Shown here piece by piece: positions 9,762 through 17,765 of a stretch of 64,000 bases of DNA. The stretch's first letter is position 1. Each line of letters starts with the position of its first letter. Both the position numbers and the translations under genes were made by a program. This DNA is from Bacilli bacterium (GTDB lineage Bacteria > Bacillota_I > Bacilli_A > RFN20 > CAG-826), in assembly GCA_016298185.1 (NCBI GenBank), contig JAEDDA010000002.1, forward strand, positions 6,674-70,673, given 5' to 3'. The notes under the pieces were generated by a model. That model did not search any database and was not told the origin of the DNA. It saw only the letters and a list, made by a program, of their open reading frames with translations.

Positions 9762-9796
9762 AGGGCTGGGGTCTTTTAGCCCCAGCCCTTTGTTTT
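9762..9796 (+). terminator. strong GC-rich intra-operon hairpin (attenuator / mRNA stabiliser) between SBP and permease genes
   Basis: AGGGCTGGGG-tcttttag-CCCCAGCCCT perfect 10-bp stem followed by TTTGTTTT. Confidence 0.6.
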
Positions 9797-9828
9797 ATTA
9801 AACAAAAGTTTAAAGTTTAGGAGGAATT

Positions 9829-11538
9829 ATGAAACAATATACCGACCTAGAATACTTAAAACTTAGTGGCCCAGAGAAATTCGCTAATCGATTCTCTAGA
9901 TTCTTCTTTGGAATCCCAAGGGCATTACTAAAATTTTTAAAGGCGATTGGAAGATTCTTCGCTAATATTGGAAGAAAAATCGCTAATGTATTTGTTAACA
10001 TTTATCGCACATTCGCAAATGGCGATTGGAAAACAAGAGTCTCTTATTTCGTAATGGGATTTGGCAACTTATCTCGTGGTCAAATTCTAAGAGGTTTATT
10101 ATTCCTTATTTTCCAAATTATTTTTATTGTGTACATGGCCGTATGGGGCTGGAAGTGGCTCTCACAAATGGGCTCTCTCGGCGTCATGGGTCCTGAAGAA
10201 ATTTATGACGAAGTATATGATACATATACTACTATCTATCACGATAATTCATTTAAAATCTTACTTTATTCTGTTTTAACACTTTTCTTCATCGTTGGAT
10301 TTATCGTTACTTGGTACTTCAACATTGAACAAAATAGAATCGCGGAACAAATCATTGGTTCTAGTCAAAGAAAGGCTTTAAGAATTTCTTGTAAAAAAGA
10401 GATCAAACTTCTTAAAAATGAATACAAAACAGTGCTCAAAGCCAAAGAACCAGATCCAAATGAACTTGCTCAATATAAAGAGAAAGAAAATGATATTAAG
10501 GCCCGCTATCAGGCTGAAATCGAAGCCGTTCCTGTTAAGAAGCTTAAGAGTGGCAAAGATGATATGAGATCATTAGTGGATGATCAATTCCACAAAACTC
10601 TTCTTGCTCTTCCATTACTTGGTATTTTGATTTTTACTGTTATGCCAATTATCTTCATGATTCTTGTCGCATTCACCAACTATGATGGTGCGCATAACGG
10701 TTATTCAAATAACTTATTCCACTGGGTAGGATGGGACAACTTCAATACCATGCTTAACTGGCAAACCGGAAACAAAGCTTATTCCGCTGCTTTCGGTGAA
10801 ATCTTATCATGGACATTAATGTGGTCAGTATTCGCAACATTTACCTGCTACTTCTTAGGTATGTTCGTTGCGATTTTGATAAATAAGAAAGGAATTAAGT
10901 TAAAGAAACTTTGGAGAACAATTCTTATTCTTACAATTGCTATTCCACAATTTATTTCCTTACTATACGTTTCTAAATTATTTGCTGATAAAGGTATCGT
11001 CCTTACATATTTACAAAAATGGTTCCACGTTCCGGAAACATTCTCATTCTATGGTCCTAACGCATCCGCTTGGACCGCAAGAATCACTGTTATTGTTATT
11101 AATATTTGGATTGGTATTCCATACCTCATGTTAATGGCAACAGGTATCTTGATGAACATTCCAGAAGACTTATATGAATCCGCCAAGATCGACGGCGCAA
11201 ACGTCTTCCAACAATATGTGAAGATTACTCTTCCATACATTATGTTCATTACTGGACCATATCTATTAACCAGCTTTATCGGTAACATGAATAACTTCAA
11301 CGTTATCTTCTTGCTGACCGGTGGTGCTCCAACAAATGCTTCAGCTTCAGCTGCATCTGGTTCTGTTGGTTACACAGACTTATTAATTACATGGTTATTT
11401 AAAATCACAACAGGCGCGAACTCCGAATACTATATGGCGTCAGTCATCGGTATTTTGATCTTCGTTGTCACTGCATTTATCGCGATGATTGTCTATAACG
11501 TGATGCCATCCACAAAGAATGAGGAGGATTTTCAATAA
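9829..11538 (+). CDS. ABC sugar transporter permease (MalF-like) with long N-terminal extension and charged insert
   Basis: 569 aa; AGGAGG SD; multiple TM segments; EAA-type loop ESAKIDGANVFQQYVKITLP; Lys/Glu-rich insert between early TM segments. Confidence 0.85.
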   Translation: MKQYTDLEYLKLSGPEKFANRFSRFFFGIPRALLKFLKAIGRFFANIGRKIANVFVNIYRTFANGDWKTRVSYFVMGFGNLSRGQILRGLLFLIFQIIFIVYMAVWGWKWLSQMGSLGVMGPEEIYDEVYDTYTTIYHDNSFKILLYSVLTLFFIVGFIVTWYFNIEQNRIAEQIIGSSQRKALRISCKKEIKLLKNEYKTVLKAKEPDPNELAQYKEKENDIKARYQAEIEAVPVKKLKSGKDDMRSLVDDQFHKTLLALPLLGILIFTVMPIIFMILVAFTNYDGAHNGYSNNLFHWVGWDNFNTMLNWQTGNKAYSAAFGEILSWTLMWSVFATFTCYFLGMFVAILINKKGIKLKKLWRTILILTIAIPQFISLLYVSKLFADKGIVLTYLQKWFHVPETFSFYGPNASAWTARITVIVINIWIGIPYLMLMATGILMNIPEDLYESAKIDGANVFQQYVKITLPYIMFITGPYLLTSFIGNMNNFNVIFLLTGGAPTNASASAASGSVGYTDLLITWLFKITTGANSEYYMASVIGILIFVVTAFIAMIVYNVMPSTKNEEDFQ

Positions 11539-12458
11539 TGAGTGAAGAATTAAATCAAGTCGTTGTTGAACAAGTCCCTGTTCAAAAACCCAAAAAAGAA
11601 AAGAGACATATGGGCATCAAAGCCAAGAGAATTATTAGCAATACCTTTGTCTATATTCTCTTAGTTATTATGAGCATTATTTGGCTCGCTCCATTTGTCT
11701 GTATTGTTTTACAATCATTCCGTTGTGAATCCACATGGATGACAGGTTACATCATTCCAAAACAATGGGGATTTGATAACTATGTAAGATTATTTACAAA
11801 AACAAAATTCCCAAGATGGTTCTTAAATACCACAATTATTTCAATTGCAACTGCAGCGTTGCAGTTAATCATCATACTTTGTATGAGTTATACCCTTTCT
11901 CGTTTGAGATTTAAAGGTAGAAAAGCTTTAATGAACGCCATGCTTGTCTTGGGTTTATTCCCTGGCATCCTTGGCATGATCATTCTTTATCGTATTCTCG
12001 CAGATTTACATCTGACTCAACAGAACGCGATACCGGGATTAATTCTCGTTTATACCGCGAGTAGTGGTATGGGCTACTACGTATCCAAAGGCTTCTTTGA
12101 TACATTACCAAAGAGTTTGGACGAAGCTGCCCGCGTCGATGGTGCTAATAGAGCACAAGTCCTCTTCAAGGTCATCTTACCACTCTCAAAACCAATCATT
12201 ATTTATACCTTATTAACATCATTTATGGGCCCATGGGGCGACTTCGTATTCGCACGTTATGTTTCATTCGGTCATAGTGATGGTATGAACGTCGCTGTTG
12301 GTTTACAGAACATGTTAGGTTCTGCAGCTAGCATTAATGCTAACTACACAACATTCTGTGCTGGCGGTGTAATCGTCGCAATTCCAATCACAATCTTATT
12401 TATGTGCTTGCAAAAATACTACGTCGAAGGTGTTACCGGCGGCGCGGTTAAAGGATAG
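11538..12458 (+). CDS. ABC sugar transporter permease (MalG-like)
   Basis: 306 aa; start overlaps upstream stop (TAATG); EAA loop DEAARVDGANRAQVLFKVILPLSKP. Confidence 0.9.
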   Translation: MSEELNQVVVEQVPVQKPKKEKRHMGIKAKRIISNTFVYILLVIMSIIWLAPFVCIVLQSFRCESTWMTGYIIPKQWGFDNYVRLFTKTKFPRWFLNTTIISIATAALQLIIILCMSYTLSRLRFKGRKALMNAMLVLGLFPGILGMIILYRILADLHLTQQNAIPGLILVYTASSGMGYYVSKGFFDTLPKSLDEAARVDGANRAQVLFKVILPLSKPIIIYTLLTSFMGPWGDFVFARYVSFGHSDGMNVAVGLQNMLGSAASINANYTTFCAGGVIVAIPITILFMCLQKYYVEGVTGGAVKG

Positions 12459-12470
12459 GAGAATTAATTT

Positions 12471-13634
12471 ATGGCAAGAGTAAAATTAACTAATGTTAAG
12501 AAAATCTATCAAGGCAATGTTACTGCCGTTCATGATTTTAACCTTGATATCGCGGATAAAGAATTTATCGTTTTCGTCGGTCCTTCTGGATGTGGTAAAT
12601 CCACAACCTTAAGAATGGTTGCCGGCTTAGAAGATATCAGTGAAGGTACAGTGGAAATCGATGGTGAAGTCGTTAACGACTTACAGCCAAAAGACCGTCA
12701 CATTTCCATGGTCTTCCAAAACTATGCGTTATATCCACACTTAACAGTTTTCGAAAACATGGCATTCCCACTTAGATTATTACGCCATCCAAAGATGAGT
12801 AATGATGAAATCTATCGCCGTGTTACTGAAGCTGCTGAAGTTTTAGGTATTACGCAATTCTTAAATAGAAAACCAAAAGCCCTTTCTGGTGGTCAAAGAC
12901 AACGTGTCGCTATCGGTAGAGCCATGGTTAAAAACTGTAAAGTTTTCTTAATGGACGAACCATTATCTAACTTAGATGCTAAGTTACGTAACCAAATGAG
13001 AGCGGAAATCATCTTACTCCGTAAGAAGATTAATACCACATTCATCTATGTTACACACGACCAAACAGAAGCTATGACATTAGGCGATAGAATCGTCATT
13101 ATGAAAGATGGTTTCATTATGCAAGTTGGTAGCCCATCTCAAGTCTTTGATAAACCAGATAACTTATTCGTTGCAGAATTTATCGGTGCTCCAAAGATGA
13201 ATATCGCTAAAACAAACCTTGTTAAAGAAGGTGGCAAATACTATGTCACTCCATTTGGCAGCAAAATCTTAGTCGATGGTGAAAAAGGTGCGGAACTTAA
13301 GAAGAGAGGATATGAATCTCAAGAAATCATACTTGGTTTCCGTCCAGAACATACCGTTTTATCTAATAAAGCGGAAGGTGCATGTCATGCAACAATCACA
13401 GTTAACGAAATGATGGGTAGTGAATTACACTTACACGTCGTTACCGATGATGGCTCACCAGTTATTATTAGAGTTCCAACCATTCAACTCACTGATAAAG
13501 AAAGAGAAGAAATGGTGGCGGGTAAAGAAATTTACTTCACATTTGAAGGAAAAGTCATGCACTTCTTCAATCCTGAAACTGAAGTTTCATTATTCTATGA
13601 TGCTCCAGCTCCAGTAGAAGAAAAACCAGAATAG
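12471..13634 (+). CDS. sugar ABC transporter ATPase (MsmX/MalK type)
   Basis: 387 aa; Walker A GPSGCGKST, signature LSGGQRQRV, Walker B FLMDEPLS, C-terminal MalK-type regulatory domain. Confidence 0.9.
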   Translation: MARVKLTNVKKIYQGNVTAVHDFNLDIADKEFIVFVGPSGCGKSTTLRMVAGLEDISEGTVEIDGEVVNDLQPKDRHISMVFQNYALYPHLTVFENMAFPLRLLRHPKMSNDEIYRRVTEAAEVLGITQFLNRKPKALSGGQRQRVAIGRAMVKNCKVFLMDEPLSNLDAKLRNQMRAEIILLRKKINTTFIYVTHDQTEAMTLGDRIVIMKDGFIMQVGSPSQVFDKPDNLFVAEFIGAPKMNIAKTNLVKEGGKYYVTPFGSKILVDGEKGAELKKRGYESQEIILGFRPEHTVLSNKAEGACHATITVNEMMGSELHLHVVTDDGSPVIIRVPTIQLTDKEREEMVAGKEIYFTFEGKVMHFFNPETEVSLFYDAPAPVEEKPE

Positions 13635-13648
13635 AAAAGGATTAAATT

Positions 13649-14050
13649 ATGGCTGAAGAAAAGAAAAATTCAAGTGGCATATTTAAAAACTTAACTATCA
13701 TCCTCAGCTCTATTGTTTGTTTTGGTGTAGCATTAGCAGGAATTATATTAGCGTTTCTCGCTATTTCTAAGACCAAAACACCTCAAACTTGGATGATGTT
13801 CTGGATTTATCTAGGGGTCGCCGTTGTTTATGTTATTTGGCTTGTTATCTTCTTAGCGTTCATCGGAATGAATAAGAAAGCTCTCGTCGTGGGAATCATT
13901 AATGTCATTCTCACCGGTGTATTAGGTGGTATCTTCTTCTTTTTCTGGAATCCTGATCCAATGCACAATCCTGGATTTTTGGAAGAAGAAATTAAGAACA
14001 AGAAAGACAATTCCTTCGATAGTGTACTTGGTGTTAGCAACCCTGAATAA
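13649..14050 (+). CDS. small polytopic membrane protein, unknown function (last gene of importer operon)
   Basis: 133 aa, 3-4 hydrophobic segments, AAAGGA SD, followed directly by a terminator. Confidence 0.6.
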   Translation: MAEEKKNSSGIFKNLTIILSSIVCFGVALAGIILAFLAISKTKTPQTWMMFWIYLGVAVVYVIWLVIFLAFIGMNKKALVVGIINVILTGVLGGIFFFFWNPDPMHNPGFLEEEIKNKKDNSFDSVLGVSNPE

Positions 14051-14067
14051 TATATAAAAATCTAATT

Positions 14068-14096
14068 AGGTGGTCTTCGGACCATCTTTTTATTTT
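14068..14096 (+). terminator. rho-independent terminator ending the importer operon
   Basis: AGGTGGTC-ttcg-GACCATCT hairpin then TTTTTATTTT. Confidence 0.7.
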
Positions 14097-14142
14097 CTAA
14101 AGAAATAAATTGAAATAGAATAAAAGTAAGAGAGAAATTTAT

Positions 14143-15948
14143 ATGAAAACGAAATTTGTTGTTAACATTATTCATCGTCCAGAATTATCTCCTGAATACG
14201 CAGAAAAATCTTCTGGCGTAAAAGAGAAATCCGTACAAGATGAATCACTAGAAATTTTTAAATTCCAACAAGAAACCGCACACAAAAACGGTTTAAAAAC
14301 GACTATACAAATAACTTACGCTTCTTTGTTTAGTGATGTGATAGTGAATATCGCAAAAGAACACCATGAAAAGTATGGTGATGAAATCGGTTTATCGTTA
14401 TTAGGCCTTCCTTGTAAAGAATTTAGAGCCAAATATAAAACAGAAGACTTCTGTATTTGGATGTTCTCCGATAAACAAAAAGAAGAAATTGTCGACGATG
14501 TCTTTAAGATGTTCTACGACAAATTTGGTTTTTACCCCGAATCAACAGGCAGCTATTTTATGGATGCCTATACAATTAATTATATTAAAAAGAAATACCC
14601 TAGCGTGAAATGCGCAATCGCGACATGTTGGGAAGAAGGACCAAAAGCCTATCATACATGTAACAACTCTTGGTATACATTTATGGATGGTGGTCCATGG
14701 AATCCTTGGATTCCAAGTAAGGTGAATTCCCATTGTCCAGCATTAAATAAAGATGATGACAGCGGTATTGTTGCTATTCCTCACTTATCTCGTGACTTAC
14801 TTGCTTGCTTTGATGGCAATGGTTCTAACTTTGGTACCCATCCACAGAACGTTTTAAGAGGCATGATTTACTATAAAGATGGCGACAAGATTGAATACCC
14901 ATATTTATATAACCTCATCGATCAATATCGTCATTTAGGTAAATACAATAATGGTTATGCCTACAATATGATGTTTGTTGGCCCAGGTTGGTTAAACCAA
15001 AAAGGTCGTTGGGAATGCCCATATGAATTATTAAAGCAATCATACGAAGATGGCATGAGATACTACGGCAACCTCAAAAAACAAGGTGAATTATTAGATT
15101 TAACAATGAGTGAATTCGCTGATTTCTATCGCGAACAACATAGAGATTATTTAGATAGCGAAAATGCCTTATGGAAAGATATTCTTTACGGCAGTCAAAA
15201 ACAATATTTCTGGTACGCTGACCCATTCTTTAGAACTTGCTTAGACTTCAACCAAGGTGGTGCGATGATTGACTTACGTCCATATGTCGCTAGAATCCCA
15301 CAAAATATTGGTATTGGTCATGATCAAGTTTACGATGCAAGTTATCCATATTTAATCCAAGCCAATTACCGCGCTGGATACTTTACGCATTATGCAGGCG
15401 CAGGTACAGTGGAATCTTGCAAGATTTCTTATCACGGACAAGAAACCGATCTTTGCTTATGCCGCACATTAGCTAAATTTGAAAAGATTGATGGTGATGT
15501 TGTTATTACCGCAAATCCTGTCAGTGTGGTACTCGATGGCTTAGAAATCGTCATACAGTCCGTTTTCACCTTCAAAAAAGGTAAAGGGGAATTAGTTATT
15601 GAAAGAAAGATAATTAACGACCTAAAGGGCGAAAAAGTGACATTTAAGGAATATTTCACCGGCGCTTTCGGTTTGAACGAATATCAATCTGACTTATCTA
15701 AGGTCACCTTAGGCGTTGATAATGAAGAAATGAAATACCAATACTTAGGCAGAAAGATTAATAAAGCCGGTAAAAAGGCTTATGTGAATATCCCAGATGT
15801 TTTAACAAATATCTCTTATAGCGGTGATGTTGATGCTTTTGAAGTGGAAGAAGGTATTGCTTTCTCCCCATGCTATAAACTCGCTGCTTATAAAACTATC
15901 GATAAAGGAGGAATTAAAACATGTCTCAATCTAGTAAAGGCAAATTAA
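14143..15948 (+). CDS. uncharacterised cytoplasmic 601-aa protein, possible carbohydrate-active enzyme
   Basis: Long uninterrupted ORF, no signal peptide; aromatic-rich blocks NSWYTFMDGGPWNPWIPS and GPGWLNQKGRWECPYE; no family signature I can name; first gene of the galactan unit. Confidence 0.8.
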   Translation: MKTKFVVNIIHRPELSPEYAEKSSGVKEKSVQDESLEIFKFQQETAHKNGLKTTIQITYASLFSDVIVNIAKEHHEKYGDEIGLSLLGLPCKEFRAKYKTEDFCIWMFSDKQKEEIVDDVFKMFYDKFGFYPESTGSYFMDAYTINYIKKKYPSVKCAIATCWEEGPKAYHTCNNSWYTFMDGGPWNPWIPSKVNSHCPALNKDDDSGIVAIPHLSRDLLACFDGNGSNFGTHPQNVLRGMIYYKDGDKIEYPYLYNLIDQYRHLGKYNNGYAYNMMFVGPGWLNQKGRWECPYELLKQSYEDGMRYYGNLKKQGELLDLTMSEFADFYREQHRDYLDSENALWKDILYGSQKQYFWYADPFFRTCLDFNQGGAMIDLRPYVARIPQNIGIGHDQVYDASYPYLIQANYRAGYFTHYAGAGTVESCKISYHGQETDLCLCRTLAKFEKIDGDVVITANPVSVVLDGLEIVIQSVFTFKKGKGELVIERKIINDLKGEKVTFKEYFTGAFGLNEYQSDLSKVTLGVDNEEMKYQYLGRKINKAGKKAYVNIPDVLTNISYSGDVDAFEVEEGIAFSPCYKLAAYKTIDKGGIKTCLNLVKAN

Positions 15949-16181
15949 ATTATCGCTGTCCGTCCTGTTTCATGAGAGACATCGACATGGATATGTTCTT
16001 CGATGAAGAAAAGAAAGAATATTATTGTTTGAGATGTGGCTTCCATGGACAAGAGGAAGAAGTCCTTCGTTTAAACGAGCAGGCTAAATATCGTTATAAA
16101 GCCATGAAAAAGAGAGTGGTGTCTTTTGGCGAAGACAATGAACCACTTATCATGAAGGACCATAAAGCGGGAGAACAATAA
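15921..16181 (+). CDS. small zinc-ribbon protein (CxxC...CxxC)
   Basis: 86 aa; strong SD AAAGGAGG (15904-15911) 9 nt before ATG; CPSC-x19-CLRC; 28-nt overlap with upstream ORF and 1-nt overlap (TAATG) with the downstream GH53 gene. Confidence 0.65.
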   Translation: MSQSSKGKLNYRCPSCFMRDIDMDMFFDEEKKEYYCLRCGFHGQEEEVLRLNEQAKYRYKAMKKRVVSFGEDNEPLIMKDHKAGEQ

Positions 16182-17287
16182 TGTTTTTAGGTATTGATGT
16201 ATCAACATATTTTGATGAGCAAGAAATCGGTGCTAAATATTATTTAAATGGCCAAGAAGTTGATCCAATGAAACTCCTTGTTGAACAAGGCGTTAAATAT
16301 ATGCGTATTCGCGTATGGCACAATCCATATGACGAAGAAGGTCATCCTTATTTAGCAGGAACAAATGATATTAAAAAATTCATCATGCTTTCTGAATTAG
16401 CGGTGAAGTATGGTTTAAGAATTATTTTAGATATCCATTATAGTGATTTCTGGGCAGACCCCGGAAAACAGTTTCTTCCAAAAGCCTGGAAAGATTTATC
16501 TTTTGAAGAAGTAGAGCAAAAAGTCTATGAACACACAAAGGATATATTTAAGGTAATCCATGAACATAATTTCCCTGTCGACTATGTCCAAGTGGGTAAC
16601 GAAATCACAAACGGTATGCTTTGGCCTCATGGTAGACTTGATGAATCTGTTTCCCCTAGGGGAAATTATGAAGGCTTAGCCAAATTATTAAAGCAAGGTG
16701 TTAAAGCCGTTAGAGAAGAAAGCAACGCAAAAATTATCATTCACTTAGAAAGAAGTTACGATCAACCTGCCTATTTTGAATATTTTTCTAATATAATTAG
16801 ATTAGGCGTTGATTTCGATATAATCGGTTTCTCATATTATCCATATTGGCATGGAACATTTGACCAATTCTTCGCTAATGTAAAAATGTGCAAGGATAAC
16901 TTCCACAAAGAAGTGATGGTTATGGAACTCGGTTATGGTTTCACCCTTGAAGATTACATCAAGAACGGTAGCCAAGCTCAACTTGTGATTAACGCAGATA
17001 AAACTGATTTCCTCGCTAATCTTCCCTATCCAATATCTCCAGAAGGACAAGCTTTATTCATTAGAGAATTCTTAAAGAGAGCAAAAGATGCTGGAATGGT
17101 GGGAGTGAATTATTGGGAACCACTTTGGATTCCAGGTCCTGGCATTTGCTGGGCCTCTGAAGCCGCGCAAAAGTATATTCATGAAGAAGGAAAATCAACG
17201 AGAAACGAATGGGCGAACCAATGCTTATTCGATTATCAAGGCAATGCCTTACCAGCATTGAAGGAGTTTAAAATTGATGGAAAATAA
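16181..17287 (+). CDS. arabinogalactan endo-beta-1,4-galactanase (GH53), no signal peptide (cytoplasmic)
   Basis: 368 aa; GIDVS, IRVWHNP, DIHYSDFWADPGKQ, VQVGNEITNG, SYYPYWHG, MVMELGY blocks of GH53. Confidence 0.9.
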   Translation: MFLGIDVSTYFDEQEIGAKYYLNGQEVDPMKLLVEQGVKYMRIRVWHNPYDEEGHPYLAGTNDIKKFIMLSELAVKYGLRIILDIHYSDFWADPGKQFLPKAWKDLSFEEVEQKVYEHTKDIFKVIHEHNFPVDYVQVGNEITNGMLWPHGRLDESVSPRGNYEGLAKLLKQGVKAVREESNAKIIIHLERSYDQPAYFEYFSNIIRLGVDFDIIGFSYYPYWHGTFDQFFANVKMCKDNFHKEVMVMELGYGFTLEDYIKNGSQAQLVINADKTDFLANLPYPISPEGQALFIREFLKRAKDAGMVGVNYWEPLWIPGPGICWASEAAQKYIHEEGKSTRNEWANQCLFDYQGNALPALKEFKIDGK

Positions 17288-17765
17288 AAAAGAAAAATCA
17301 TTCTTCATCATCTTAACTATTGTTCTTGCTTTATTAGCGATTGGATCAATTGTCGCTTTTATCTATGCCTGCTATGACGCAAATCAAAAAGGCATCTTTT
17401 TTGGTGTCACCTTTGAACTCGTTTATATGGGACTATTTTTCATCGTGCAATTCTTTGCGTTTTTGATGTCTTTAAAAGCGGTAAAAAATGGTTCGTTTAT
17501 TTTTTCTGAACTTACGCACATTCGTAATAATGCAAAAATAAGAAGCAAACCCGCAGCGGGCATTGCTTTGGCATTTGGAACGATTGGTTTGGCGTTATTA
17601 ATTTATTCACTTTTAGTGATATTTAATGTTGCTCCAACAATCTTTAATTTCCCACTTACTTTATATATTGCTGCTTTACCAACTTCAGTCACTATTTTAG
17701 TGGTGGCAGCTTTCTTTTATATCTATCCATTTTTGTTTTTAAAGGGAGGAAAAAAACAATCATGA
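17274..17765 (+). CDS. 4-TM membrane protein, unknown function
   Basis: 163 aa, four hydrophobic segments; overlaps both flanking genes (translational coupling). Confidence 0.6.
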   Translation: MMENKKEKSFFIILTIVLALLAIGSIVAFIYACYDANQKGIFFGVTFELVYMGLFFIVQFFAFLMSLKAVKNGSFIFSELTHIRNNAKIRSKPAAGIALAFGTIGLALLIYSLLVIFNVAPTIFNFPLTLYIAALPTSVTILVVAAFFYIYPFLFLKGGKKQS

